A model generated the notes under the pieces. The model did no database searches. It was not told the DNA's origin and saw only the letters and a list, made by a program, of their open reading frames with translations. DNA of 64,000 bases, taken from Fimbriosthenelais zetlandica. Taxonomy: Eukaryota. Within the stretch, counting starts at the first letter, position 1. Each line of letters begins with the position of its first letter. The stretch spans positions 7,874,001 to 7,938,000 of the forward strand of contig OZ365119.1 of NCBI GenBank assembly GCA_977030845.1, given 5' to 3'. The translations under genes were made by a program, and so were the position numbers. This document shows, one piece after another, positions 46,697 to 60,680 of the stretch.

Positions 46697-49600
46697 ATGA
46701 AGGAGGATGGAGGTAAGGATGCTGGGGCGGTGAGACGCCCCATGAACGCGTTCCTCATCTTCTGTAAGCGACATCGCCGACTCGTCCGTGAGAAGAACCC
46801 TCACCTCGACAACCGATCCGTCACCAGGATACTGGGGGAACTGTGGGCCAACCTGCCAGTAGATGAGAAGGCTTCCTATACAGCTCTAGCTAATGAGGTA
46901 CATGCTTAATTCATATTGCCATATAAAGTTTAATTTACATGCAGTGGAATCCTTCCATGGGTAGCTTTCAAGAGACCCCAAAAGATGTTTTAAAGTTTTC
47001 TGTTGTATTTTTTTTCAGTATAAAGCTGCCTTCTTGAAGGCCCATCCAGACTATAAATGGTGTAGTCCTGATCGTAGTGGGAACAGGTCCCACCAGTCTA
47101 GTGGCACGTCCAATGCAGGTATGTTTTCTCATCTATATTCTGTTCATTGCTCCCTCAGATATTTTCCCATTTACCACTTAATGAAGTTATTATTTTTGCG
47201 CCAAATTTGAAAATTCAGTTTGCCATAAGTCCCGAGGGGGCCACAAGTACCACAAATTTAGTAATACTTACAAATGATACCAGATGAGTCACTCAAGTGT
47301 TTTACTCCCTTGCGATTAAAATACAGGCCTAATATATGAGTAATGCCACATTTAAACTCGCATGACATATGTCTGATGGCACATAATTTAACAAACCACC
47401 ATGTTCTTGTTACAGGAAAGAAAGACACTGAGAAGAAAAAGCGAGTACACCGACCCCCGCCCCTTAAAACCACGGAGATGGCTTCAAAGCTTACCCTGAC
47501 CCCGAATAAAGCCGAGGGCACTGCCCCGCACCCCGGTCTCCAGGAGACCCCGCAGGACCTGAGTGTAAGGAAGGTGATCAGTTCTACCATCCCGGCCAGT
47601 ATCGTCACCCCGCTGTCCACTGTGTCCACCAGCGTCTCCCCTGCTACCACCCTCCAGTATAACCTCCCAGTGGTCAGCTACATCTCATCACCCCCCGTCA
47701 GTGTCGCCTACCTCCAGCAGTGGCCACAGGGTGGCGCCTCGGTCGTGTCCCTCGGGCAGCAGACCGTAGCCCCCCTCGTGGCCACACTAAACACCTCAGA
47801 TTCTAAGATTGAATCACGGATGACACTGGCACAGAGTTATGCCACCGCCGCCGAGGTTAAAATGACCAAGTCAGCTGAGGATGAGGGACTGACACCGGCA
47901 GAACTGGCAGAGAAGAAGAGAAAGGAGGGGAACATGGCACTACTTGAACTTGCTAAGGTAAATACAATCGTTAATTCAACCATAAAACACTTGCTACTTC
48001 TCATAAAGTCAATTGTTAGTTAGATAATTTGGGGACCAGAGGATTGAATGCCCCATGGAAAGTGTTTTTGAAGGCATGCTTCAATCATTTTGGTTTTGTA
48101 TAGTAAGATCTTCCTCTGTGTTGTTCCCCACAGATGTGTACCACACAGTTAGAAGCCCAGGTTCCACCTAAGAACTTCCAGAACAACAGCCAGTCTAATC
48201 CAACCCTGTTAGCATCAGCTGCTGTAGGACAACACCTCCCTGTACCACTCAACACAACCACCACCACCCAAACCATCACGACCACAGGTCAGACAGGACA
48301 CCGTGCAGCAGCGGCTGGTAGCGGGCTCCCCTCGCCCGCCATGCCCCAGCGATATGAGCCCACCTTCTCCACTGTATCCTCCGAGAACCGAGCAAAACCA
48401 CCCACCGAAAACAAACTCAACAAAAAGACAAAAACCAAATGTAAGAAGGCCAAGATGATGGCGGCGGCTGGTGCAGCTCCGTCAGGTCTGGGTAGTCAAC
48501 CCACCACCGCGAGTCCCGGCGAGGAGAGGGATGGTCACAGTAACGGCTGTGATCGTGAGAAAAGCGCGGTGGGTAAAGACACAGACCTGGCCACTTGCAG
48601 CCGCCTGGTGGTCGATCATGTCATTGAATCAATGTACTCTAAAGAAATGGCCAGTGAGAGCAGCACTGGTAAAATGAATCCCTCCAGTCTGAGCCACCAC
48701 GGTAAGAGTTCCTTCTCTACACCCGGCCTCAATAGTAATAAGTCACAGGAGGATGTCCCCAGTAAGGTGAAGATCAAGGCAGGCTCGGGGTACGAGGGAG
48801 GCTCATCATCATCATCATCCTATGATAAAACATCATTGACATTCGGTCAGATACAAGAAACATTGATCAGGAGAGCTGTAGAGAACTCATACGAGCTTAA
48901 CCTAACCTCTGACAACACAGGCATGGGTGGAGACGGGGACAACTATACTGAAAACAAGATCACAGACACCTGGAGCAAGTTTAGAAGCAAAACCGAACAA
49001 TCCGGCAAAGAGCTGGACAAGGAAAACATAGATCAAGATGAGATTAAAGAAGAGAATGATGATCCCTATGCTTTTACAGACGTGCCCACCACCAGCGGCA
49101 TGGAATACATCCCCAAGAAATTCCGGAGTTCAAAACTCAAAGATAACAGTAACTATCACGGCAAGAGACTGGAGAAGGTGAAAAGTGAGGAGAAAATAAC
49201 ACCCGGTGACATCCCCGGTGGGAAATCAAAGAAAAAGAAAAAGCTGGGCAGCACATCACCCCCGGGTGGGTTGGAGACTGTAGGGGAGCTGTCCCTGGGT
49301 ATGAACAACAATAATAGTAAACCTAACGGTGATAACATGAACTCTAAGTCCTCGTGGAGTGACCCTCTTGACTCGGCTAACATTGGGGAGCCGGATTCCC
49401 CGAGTCAGATGTTCTGTGACTCAGAAGCTCAGAGTTGGTCAGGGGAGAGTCGGGAGGAGGACGGAGACTGGGCTGATAATGAAGACTACGGTGTGAGGAA
49501 GTCACAGCGATCAAACCGAGGCCGGAAGTACCAGGAGTTGATTGATCAGGGCTACCTCCAGTCATCACGAGATAAAGCTGCCATAGGCCGCAAACCAATC

Positions 49601-51567
49601 CAAGGGTATGTATGCCTCGCCCTTCTTTCATTACTTTTGATTTGAATTTTTCAGAAATCTATGTTTTCTGTTGTCCCAATAAAGTGAGGGACATGTTCTA
49701 TGCATGTACACTTGCAGTGACACTTTTTGATTGTCTTACAGAGCCCCGGTGCATACAACAGTAGATGACACGTTTTGTCGACCAGAACCAGTCCCTAACC
49801 CTAGAAAACGTACCATGTCTGAGAGTGACTGTATCTCCAACGAGACAAAGCGATTCAAGGCTGGGTAAGTCTTTTTCTTCTTCTGGTTAAATCTTCGACT
49901 AAATCTTTGGTTATAAACGGAAGGGATTGAGTGACGATATGTGCTCCTTTTACTTGCAGTGACTTTGACTTAGAAGCACATTTAGCCTCTTTGCCTCCTT
50001 GTTCAATCACTGACTTTGGGAAGAAAGGTAACAAACATAAACTGGCCAAGGTGCGTCACCACAGCGACAGTTCAGCCATGAAAAAGATGAGCTCAGCAGG
50101 TCAGTGATAACTTCTCATTCTACTACCGTTTTTCTAACCGTTTTCCTCTTTTTCTAACAACAATTGTGAAACAACCATCTGAGGAAGCATCGTTGTATTC
50201 AGGGTTCCCGCGCGGCATTAAAAAGTCTTAAGAAATTGTGTATTTTAGGTCTTAAAAACGAAGATCATAGGTCTTAAAAAGTCTTAAAAAAGGTCTTAAA
50301 TTTTATCATCTCCGAACCGCGGGAACCCTGGTATTACTCTAATGTTAAAAATGATCTCAATAGCAGATATTTACTTGGTCCTTTCTAGGGACACATCCAG
50401 GTTTTTGGGTGTGGGTCACAAACATTACTATAGATCTGTGTGACAAAATCGGAACCCCTATTTTTAATGGCATCCAATGATTGAAATTTTGTCAGTGGTT
50501 ACTCAGATTAGTGTGCTCCAGGCTTAAGACTACTCATTCTTGTCCGTAGGTCATATGTTAAATGTTGCACAGCTTCAACATTTTGTCCGTGATCGTGATC
50601 GACACCACATCACTCAACAGGAGACAGACAAGGAGAACCCACCAGTCATCCAATCAGAGGGCGGCAACATATCGGGCAGCCGGAAGCGTAAAGCGCGGCG
50701 CCATGCCATCACCCATCTCATCCCAGCCTCCACGGCAGGTAGGTTCACCACCCCACCATGCTGGGCTCCTTTAATCATCTTGATGGAAATGATCCATAAA
50801 GAGAATGTTTTGTAGAACGTGTTGGTCCCACGGCCCCAGTCCCAGGGGGATCTACTTTTCCAACTGTCACTCACGACCTTGTATCCTTCCACCAAACGCG
50901 TTCCATCTTTGTACCCCATTGGGGGGCATGCCTATTGTAATCTACTAGATTTTTGGAAGATTTTCTAGAGCTGGCGTGTTTTTTTAGTCAACCTTTGTTT
51001 TGCTGGTTTAGGTAATACGACCTCCCACCTGTCGACCGTGGACTGCTCCAGTGATAAGTCTAAATCAGCGCCGGTATCCAAGATCTCCACCAGTACGTGT
51101 GTTACCATGGCAGCACTAACAGATACAGCCAATCAGATGTAAGTCCACTTCCTTAACTCTACCAACTCACGGCACAAATATTTGTTCTTAGTTAGAATTT
51201 TCATACAGCCTGTTATGGGTGAATACCAGCACACCCTCTTGATTATCCAAGTTTATCTAAGAGTTCGACTGCCCAAATAGGCCTAGGCCTAATACCCATC
51301 CCATCCCACCTCGTTGACATTTCATTCAAGATCTAATAAGTCATATCAGAATGTATTACTACCTTGTAGATTTACACACTTGAAATCATTCAAAACTAAA
51401 ATATTCAAAGACTTGACTTAGGCTGGCTGGAGTTTCCGTTTGCACTGTCTTGCATCCTTCCCTGTATGTAATTTAAGAAATGAACTTTATCTAAATTTTT
51501 ACTTTTCTTTGGCAGGCCACCGCGATTGGGAGAGAAGCCACGTCAGCCCTATGTCGCTTGCCGATAA
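46697..51567 (+). CDS. BBX: HMG-box transcription factor BBX (bobby sox homolog), about 981 aa in the main model; 3' end less certain
   Basis: Exons 46697-46897, 47019-47118, 47416-47957, 48134-49605, 49742-49864, 49960-50099, 50550-50738, 51012-51138, 51516-51567 total 2946 nt in frame. HMG box [53 protein letters not shown]; BBX-type C-terminal blocks [13 protein letters not shown] and GSRKRKARR. Confidence 0.85.
50200..50330. mobile_element. 131-bp MITE with 5-bp TSD
   Basis: GTATT|CAGGGTTCCCGCG ... CGCGGGAACCCTG|GTATT; internal GTCTTAAAAA repeats. Confidence 0.85.
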
Positions 51568-54500
51568 GGTAGAAAGAAATCTCCAGCCCACGAAATCCAT
51601 ATAAAGGATCATAGAACACCTTGAAAACGATTTAATATATACAGAATCAAACAGGGGGACGGACACCAAACCCCTACCATGGATCCTACCACATCTCGTG
51701 GTTCGAACTTTTCTCACTAGGGTTTCTGTTTCTCAATTTGGTTCCTCCGTTATCCACCAGGCTGCAGCACAAGGTAGTAGTCGACAATCCTTGAAATTTC
51801 TCTCTTTATTTGTTACTATTTTCTAAGTGAAAAACTCTTCAGGGAAAGAACTAGATCTTATCCATACAATACCCCTTTATCGGGGGATTCGTCTGTTGAA
51901 GGAATTTTCTTTAAATATCAGAGGAAATAGTGTATGTTTAGTCCCAGGGTTCCTTGCTGTGAGCGAGTGGTGTGGAAATAGCAAGCACTTTGTCCACCTA
52001 TATATCACGATGAATTCTCTATAATAGGCGATATAGCTTGCTGACACTAAATTTAGATGAGAAGAAGTATATATTTGAGAATAGTATCTGATATTTCTTG
52101 ATTGGAATTTCCAGTATCTTGTGTTCTGTAGGAAGGTAGACATTTTGCATCGCTCGCTTGCAGCGTGGACCAACCTCAATTCTTCAACTCTCGGAGTGAA
52201 TACTTGTATGGTACTACAAGGTAGTATTATGCTCTTGGGGTTTACACGAAGTTGAATTTCTTATATTTCTATTTGCAAATCTTTGCAAATTCAAATATCC
52301 GGAGAAATGATTGCAGTTCTTAAAATTGCATCCTGTTTGCATCTTGCCAAGTCACTCCCTGAATAGACGAGGAGACAGATATTCTAATGGTTATTCTAAT
52401 AGTCATTAGATATTCTAATGGTTATTAGATATCCTAATGGTCATTAGATATCCTAATGGTTTTCCAATGAGGACTATTTTAAAACTTAACGGATCTCGAT
52501 TTTCATTGTTACGGTTTATGAGAGTGTACAGTGTTTACACAATGAAGGCAGCAGGGACCTGGGTGGTTTATTATAGTGAACGAGTCCCGTGTTACCAAAG
52601 GCTGCACTATTCACACATTATATCCTACAACTATACATTATATCATTGTACCCTATAGTGATCCCGCTTACACACCCACCCATTCCCTCTACTTACACCT
52701 ACTTGCCATGCATTGCTTGACTTTCAAGTCACCCATGAGAAATATCACCGCGGTGACAATGTGAAAACCCCGCGTATGCAGCAAGGCATCTTTTGTACAT
52801 ATGACTCCTCAATGAAGGGAACATTCACTCTACTAAGTGTGGATTAATTTGATTTTCCCCTTCAATTCTATCTCGTCCCGTTTTACTATAGAGCCACAGC
52901 TCTTAAAAAAGAACCAAGGGGGTTTACTTTACCAGAGAATGCTTATAGAAAGATGACATTATCATCTAAATATCATACCGCGATATTACGCCCAATATCA
53001 GCTATACTACTAGTTATAATGTACAGAGACAGGTAACCCATATATAGTCTAATTTACTTTATTAACATCCTGGGTATAGGATTTTGTAAGTGCTAGTAGA
53101 TCACAGTTTCTGTCAGTTTCTCCCTCTGTCTCCCTCACCCCAAGCTTCGTCTTTTTACATTTTATCCTCACATGAAGATTTGTTTTCGTTAATTGAAAAA
53201 AAAATGTTTATTGTGTCATGGTGTGGGGGAACAGTGAGATTGAGAGGAATATGAAGGAAGCATGACTTGCTATAATTATATGTTTTAATAATTCATCCGT
53301 TGCATTTAGTATCGCCAGTGGTTTAGTCATTGACGGCATGTATAATATATTCAGGAGTATTCATATAATAATTACAAAAGTGTATATTTTTCTGTCAATC
53401 TGAACCGAGGCTACTTGGGTTATTTCCTAGTTTTATCAATCCGCTGTCTTTTCGTGTTTTTGAAATGACTTTTTATCATCTTCTGTTTTCTGAACCTTTC
53501 CACGCTTACACATGTAGGTACTTATGGTGCTTTTCTTTTTTTTGCTTTATCACTTTAGGAGCCACAGGTCTGCCTTTTTATATTGAAACCATTTTTTTGT
53601 TTCATTTTTTGTTGTTGATAAAATAGCTCCTTGAACTTGATGTTTCAGTTTTTTAAATGACCTCTGGAAAAATTATGAACGATATTCCTGAAGAGTACAG
53701 GACTATACAATGTATTTGTTATTCGATGTTTACTGTGTTGGTGAAAAATTATATTGAAAAATGGCAACATATTGTAAATGAGCTAGACGCTCTTATCCCA
53801 CTTGACTATGAAAATGTCCACTTGTTCAATTGATGGTATCCCTATATACGTATTGAAGAAAGCAGGGTATACCACCCTATGCGTTATCCTTGTACAGAGT
53901 ATATATACATATAATGTACTATAGTGATAGAGTAAAACCCCTTTTAATGGCCAGCCATGTCTGCTCTGTTTTAGCATCACAATCCCTCCCCATCTAATCC
54001 CTTCTTTTCCTGTTCTCGTCCTGGTCGCCAGTTGAAAAAAATCAAGAGTAGGCCTAAAAGGAGAGTACATTTTGTGGCCCACCCACCCCCCCCCCCCTCC
54101 CACTCCCAATGCTGTCAGTGATCTGTGTCTGTAAATATTCATATATTTGTTAAGAATAATAACAATCAACTTTATATTTCTACTCTATTCCCTGCACGGT
54201 AAAAGAAAGCGTTATTTTCTCAAGCGATTGAATGGGCTCTATATACATGTGGTTGATTGATTGCTTGATTGACTGATTGACCCCCCCTTTAAAGGTGTAC
54301 TCTTAGCAAGAAAAAAAGAAACAATTGGAACTTGTTGCTATAGTAAAAATCTCTGTTGGACAGAAATAAAGCATCGAAAACCAAAACTTTAATGTCATCT
54401 TTTTATTTTAAACTACTATAAAAGAAGTCTTGGTGAAATTATCAAATGTGTTTTTACCAGCTCATTGTATAAAGTTTACCTTCCTCATCAAGAATATACT

Positions 54501-57500
54501 ATGATTTTGTCCTATCAATCACCATACGAGTGTGATTTTAGTTACGATCACAAGATCTGGTTCAGAATATAAGCCGACATTGTAAACATCGAGTCATCCG
54601 ATGTTGCCCCACATGGATTTAATTTTATTGAGAAATCAGCAATCAACCATGATTCGGGGGCCATTTTTCAGACAAGTACGTACAGTTCAGTGAAATCCAA
54701 ACTCAACAAATCTATAGATGAATAGTGTGTCCACGTGAATACATGGAGTTTATGATCAAAAGGTGGCTAGTTCAGTTCCCAGACTCCTCTACTATAGGGA
54801 ATGTATTCGTCCCGTGAATCCTTGAATTAGTGACTCCCTCATAACACTGTGTCAGGACTGGCCACCCGGGATGTGGGTGGTGGTGGGGGGGGGGGGGGGG
54901 GGGGGTGGGGGTGTTGTGTAAGATTTAACCATGGGTCAGTCGTCAGTGGAAGGCAAACATCAAGTTAAGGTTAATGGCTTTTCATATTTTCATATTTATA
55001 ACGTTACTATAAATTATTAAAAATTATCATTTCTCAAAGATCTACTTTTTGCTTTTTGCTTTTCTTCAATAATTTCTGAATTTGTAGCTCACCTCTAATT
55101 ACATACAAGCAGTATACATGTATTATATAGGAACGGGCTGGAGATAAAGCTTGGCCAGCCGAAAATAGCCAATGGTAGTTCATTGGGCTGAGAAGGGCTG
55201 CTTGTCCATAACAAAACAAAAAATGGCTACTCCACGTTTTCAGTAATAGATAGCTTATGAGCGGAGTTTATGGTGAAAAAAGGGATTTCGGAAGACATAT
55301 TATGACTAAATAATTGTTCTATTTTAATTTAGATACCAGTTTTAGATACCAGTTAGGATGCTGGTGGGAATTGTATATGACATTTTTAAAGTCAATAGAA
55401 GTCATTGAATAGCAGTGGAACCCAGCAGCTGATCTCAGCTATAGGGTAGCTAAATTTAGGTGGACCAAGACACTCTAGACTAGTTGGGTTGGTCGTGGAC
55501 AGGCCGGTTCTGGTACCTGACCTAAAAAATCATTTCTCAAAGAGCTGCGGCCGAGGTCGGACCTCACACCACCCGGCTAAAGCTTAAGAGAAAATTGACC
55601 GAAATAAGGCCGAAATTCTCACCAGAAATGGCTTACTACCATGCTGTGGCATCATAGTTTTCTCAGGTAGGTTCATATATAAATAATATTGATTTGCTGT
55701 TGAGGGGTTCCATATAAATAGAGGCCAAAAGCGTGACATTTGAAAAAAAAAAAAATTGCTGCGGACTGACGAAAATCCGATGCAGACTGGAAGAGTAAAA
55801 TGTCTACTTTCATATTCTTGCATTTTTTTTGAAATTTTATGAATAATTTGGCAGAAAAAGAGAAAAATCTGGGTCAAGGTCAGGGATCGATCACGTGCGT
55901 TACATGGACATCTATGGACACAAAATCAACCACAATATCAACAGAAATGGCTTCCCAACTGAATTATACCAATAATATTGATAAAGAAATAGTCTTTGTA
56001 GCACATTTCTAAAGAAAATTCAATATAATTTACTTTAAATTACTTTTTTAACCATTTTTAACCAGTTTTGACATTGCATAATATGGCCCGGTACCGGTCA
56101 ATATTTAACATTTGAAAAAAAGAGTCTAGTTTGATTTCTTTGCTACAAGCATCATTTATACATTTAAATTACACTCTATCAATTAAGGATATGTGAAAAA
56201 ATTGCATTTGTTTAAGGAAATTAAGTTAGGATGGCGAGTGTGTACTCATGTAGGTTCTTGGACATTTATCACGTATGTGATGATTATTGACATATCTGAC
56301 CCAGGTGTTACTCTGTCCAACAATGCCTACATGATAGACCTAATTCATTAGATACATATATGTGATCAACACTTGAGAAAAACCTAATCTTTTAAAAGTT
56401 CTTTTTAAACAAAATACAATTTACCTTCAAAGAACTCTTTCAATTGAGGACAAACGTAAAAATAATAATAAACCTATCATGTATTTCACTCTTGACAGTG
56501 GTGACCCGTTGTTGCTCTGTCCAGCAATGCCTACATGATAGACATAATCATCATTTTACATGATAGAAACATCATTTTTTCACTTTTGTTTCGGAAGATC
56601 GAAAAAATATAAAACCCCTAAGCAATTCAATTCAAGAAACAGTCTCAATTTTAGGATAAGATTACAAATAAGTTATATTTTTAAGTCAAATAAGTCAAAT
56701 AACCTACATGATGACCTACTTGATACCTTGCTATTTGACAGTGCTCTGCATTTATGTCAGCAACTCCCCTATTATCAGTCAGAGAACTCTCATAATTTAA
56801 GCAAAAGACAGAAAAACAACGTTGAGTTACAAAACCTAAACATTGTCAATGAAATCTCTATGTACTCAGAGATAAATTCCATATAGTATCATGTATGTTA
56901 CCATGTTATCATGTAGGTTATAATGATATTTTTCTAGAGGTACTTACGGGACTTGGTGTCCCCTTTCCATCCTGCTGGCAACACATGTAAAACTCTGTCA
57001 AGGTGAAGGTCAGAAGCCTTGCCAGATATACTCTCGAATCCCAACATGAAAATGTTGTTTTAAATATTTTAAATCTTAAGTTAAAATAGAAAATCATGTA
57101 CGTTTTATTGGACAAAATTAAAATTTTGGAGGTTTGGTCCTTCTGTGGAAAAAACTCTTTATAAAATATCAGGAAAACTCTTTTCAGTGTATGAATTGAG
57201 GGTTTCTTGATACTTATCATAAGTTATCCATGACATCACACTCTCTCTGACCTCATGATTGGGCCTTATGATATATCGGGATTCTTGACCAAAAAATCAC
57301 GTACATGATGTAAATTTCAACATCATTTAAAATTATATAAAAAGAAGGAGAAAATCTTTATTTCCTATTAAATGTATTTACAAATAGATATTCTTTAAAT
57401 ATCATACCAAATTATTGGTTTGGCTCTTCAACAAGCGGCGTCACATGCGAGCGAAGTACGCCAAAAAAAATGTCACGCTGGACACCCCCAAAATCAGACC

Positions 57501-58230
57501 AAATTCCATGAAAAAACTCAAAAATAAAAATATTACAAGTATATGATGTCTCTAAAAGTAAGAGGAAATCCTCAACATAACCGTCTTTATATAAGGGGAA
57601 AAAAAATTGGGGAAAAAAACGTATTTTTGACGGTTTTATGAAGGATTGAAGTTCAAGTTGATATTGGCCTCATTTTAAATGGACACGCTCTGTTGGTATA
57701 TCTCAATGTAGATCATGTGCTCCACAATCTGATCTTGCCCGGATCGACCTATTTAGGCAGAGGCTTGGCGACCATGTGCAGCCGTCTCCCTTATACCAGA
57801 TCCTTGCCACTAAATCCTGGAACCTGTTTTTAAATGAATATTAGACATAGACGTAGCATTGCTAATATTCCCTTTGAAATAAACAAACCCCAATGATCAA
57901 AAGCATTGTCAAACCACCCGGAAGATCTTTTAAGATGTTATTGAAATGAATAATTGAATTGAAAATTAATTACCTTTGATAGTATATCCCAAAGATAGGA
58001 CCCTATATACATTATCTTTCACAATTTTATTAGCAAAGAAATGTACATGTATATATACATGTACTTTAAAAACTTATAAATAACTATATATTTTTTAATT
58101 CTTTGTTTCAGACCAATGTCTACCCGGCCACATCAGTAATGAAGAAATGAGCTACTGTTGCTGACAGGGGTAAAATGGGGCTTTTTTATGGGATGTGGGG
58201 TGGGGGGAGGAGGGCGGTGCATAGGACAAT

Positions 58231-58352
58231 TGGATTTAATGGGGTTTAACGTCACTTTCAACAAATTTTCAGTTATATCATGAAGGTGCCTACTTGTGAC
58301 AGTGAGCCCAATGCTCTTTTATAGTGCTGCCTCACTGAGGTATCATGTCGCA
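58231..58352 (-). mobile_element. SINE 3' fragment of a mollusc-type family (short second fragment at 20438-20464, + strand)
   Basis: GGGGTTTAACGTCACTTTCAACAAATTTTCAGTTATATCATG... is the reverse complement of AAATTGTTGAAAGTGACGTTAAACCCC at 20438. The motif is recalled from mollusc SINE tails; not database-checked. Confidence 0.55.
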
Positions 58353-58702
58353 GGCTGGGACAATTGGGGATAGACATTTATCGGGTACAAATATTGGGCT
58401 CATTTGGAGCGTCCTTACGACTTTGTACGGAGTGGTTGTTTAACTTCCGTGTGTGGATGTGTTATTAACTGTCCTTGCTGTGATGTACCTTCACCATTTT
58501 GTTGTCGCATTCTCCTCTTCGGTCCTGGGAGTTTTTTTAGATATCCCGATGGGAAGCCCGAAAAGGGACAGGGTGGCTCGCCCCACCGACCCCACCGTAT
58601 CGTGGTAGACGATGGTCCCGGTATATATACATGCCTGTACAGGGGGGAGCACATGCAGCCATAAAAGCCATGATGAGCTTGGTGTGTCATTTGGGTGGTG
58701 CT

Positions 58703-58930
58703 AAGTTAAGTTAGATAAGTTAAGTTAGATAAGTTAAGTTAGATAAGTTAAGTTAGATAAGTTAAGTTAGATAAGATAAGTTAGATAAGAAAGGTCAAGC
58801 AAGTAAATCAAATTCAGATTTTCTTCCAAATTTCAAAGTTCCATTTTCTTAATTTCTTCCAAATTTCAAAGTTCCATTTTCTTAATTTCTTCCAAATTTC
58901 AAAGTTCCATTTTCTTAATTTCTTCCAAAT
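58703..58930. repeat. Adjacent 14-nt and 33-nt tandem repeats
   Basis: (TAAGTTAGATAAGT)n followed by TTCTTCCAAATTTCAAAGTTCCATTTTCTTAAT x3. Confidence 0.9.
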
Positions 58931-60588
58931 CGCCGAAATTCAAGTCATTGAAAAATCGTTCCAAATTTCTATAGAATTCCACGTTTTTCCACATTCAAAA
59001 TTTAAAGGAAATTTTATACATTTAAAAACATCCCAAAATCACCGAAAAAAAAAGGTTTCGGGATGTTTAACTTTGAAATGTCAATTTACTGCCTTTTTAA
59101 AATTCCAAATTTATAGTTTCCAAATTCCAAGTACTTTCCCAAGATATTGGGAAAGTACACGTTTCATAATTTCATTAATATCCTTATTTCAATACATTCC
59201 AAATTATGCAGTACAGGTAACTTGACAGGTTTTATTCTTTCGGTTCAAAATTCCAGGGTAACTAGGAATTCGTTCAAAATTTCCGCGGCAACTTTTGCAA
59301 ATTTATTTGTTTTCTAATTAGGATATGCTTGCTTGATTTTCGTTGGTTTGTTTTGTTGGTTTGTTTTGTTCGTTTGTTTTTTGTTCTTGTTTTGGTTTTT
59401 TGGTTGTTCTTTAAGTTAAGATTGGGTTAGTGGGCTAGTGGGGGCTTTTAGACACACTTTTGGCAGCGATGATGCTACCTTTACTGTCAAGGCAGTATAT
59501 TACCGAGGAGCCATGCGTCCCACGTGCGGGAGGCGGTGCGTTGGTAGAGCACCAGATCTCTGAGTAGGCGCTTCCCCGGGTATATCTGAAATGACAACCC
59601 AGGGCTGATCAGCAGATTGTGATGACATTGGTGAGGTACATTTCAGTGACGACGGCCAATAGCACATCCTAAAAGCACACATAAACGAAGTTTTACATCC
59701 ACTCTATACAAAGTCTCGAAGGAAGCTCCTAGTGAGCCCAGGGGTGGGGAGGGGGGGGGGGGGGGGGAGGGGGGCACGGGGGGGGGGGGGGGGGTGTTGT
59801 TCAATATAGGGAGGGCGGTCGGGTTCCAAATGGTAAGGGCGTTGGGTGTAAGGGATAAGGGATAAATAAAATAAACAGAATAAATTAAAATAAAGAAACA
59901 ATAATAAATTCAAAGGGAACCTAAGGGTACCGTAAAGTGGGGCTACTTTGGCTTGTCAAACAATGAATTAATGGTGATTTAACGCCATGCCAGCTGCTAA
60001 GGCTATATTTAGCCACTTTGGCTCAGATTATTTATGTAATTTTTAAATCAAATTTATCAACTTATCACTTTTCATTAAATTAGTTTCAACGTTCTTTATT
60101 CTGCTTACAACTCGGCTCTATCGAACCGCTTTTCAGTGTAGTCCAGATTACAAAATGAAAATGTACTGCGGTTAGAAAACATTTAAGTAAACAATCATTG
60201 TTAGTTACATAATTATTAAATATCATTCTTGTTTCTGACTCTCACCTTGTGATAGCATTCCTTCACCCAGAATAGAATACAGATGAAATATGAAACTATG
60301 AAATGTATGAAACTTAAATTTTGGGACTTATCATTTTTTACAAAATTTAAAATAATTAGTAAATTTACTGCTTCATATTCATAAAAAATAATATTTTTTT
60401 AGCCATAAGCCAAAGAAGCCCCTTGAATGCAAAGTAGCCCCACTTTACGGTACTAGTGCTCGTTCCCAATTTCAAAGAGTATTTACTGAAAATGGGGTAT
60501 GTACATCGGGGAAATAATGTCAAATCTACATCACGCGGGATGTACTGATGTAACCAAGCAACAAGTAGCGTTGTTAACGTCAAGGGGA

Positions 60589-60680
60589 GGGGAGTTAGCT
60601 CAGTTGGTTAGAGCACCAGCTCACACAGGGTAGTTGACCAATGATCGAAGGGTCGGCGGTTCAATCCCCCGAGCTGTCCA
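60589..60680 (+). mobile_element. tRNA-Ile(AAT)-derived element (SINE head or tRNA pseudogene) with an internal insertion
   Basis: GGGGAGTTAGCTCAGTTGGTTAGAGC (A box, D arm as in eukaryotic tRNA-Ile AAT), ~16-18 extra nt, then stem-loop TTGA-CCAATGA-TCGA with AAT at the anticodon position (60640-60642), B box GGTTCAATCC. Acceptor stem broken and U33 replaced by C. Confidence 0.65.

Noticed and set aside
50573-50600. BBX acceptor at GCACAG|CTT (50573)
   Set aside because: With the upstream phase-1 donor it hits TGA after 6 codons; the acceptor at 50550 keeps the frame with the conserved RKRKARR.
54950-57900. A single large DNA transposon spanning the AT-rich block after BBX
   Set aside because: It looks repeat-derived (duplicated CATTTCTCAAAGA and CTCTGTCCARCAATGCCTACATGATAGAC), but I could not identify matching TIRs, a TSD or coding remnants.
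58043-58064. Perfect 22-bp palindrome GTACATGTATATATACATGTAC
   Set aside because: Low-complexity TACATGTA/TA repeat expected by chance in an AT-rich genome.
54886-59795. Long poly-G tracts (54886-54911, 59745-59795) as functional G-quadruplex elements
   Set aside because: Homopolymer-type tracts recur throughout the window, with no positional pattern supporting a function.
60589-60680. Functional tRNA-Ile gene with an intron
   Set aside because: The extra sequence lies 5' of the anticodon arm rather than at position 37/38, the acceptor stem does not pair, and position 33 is C.
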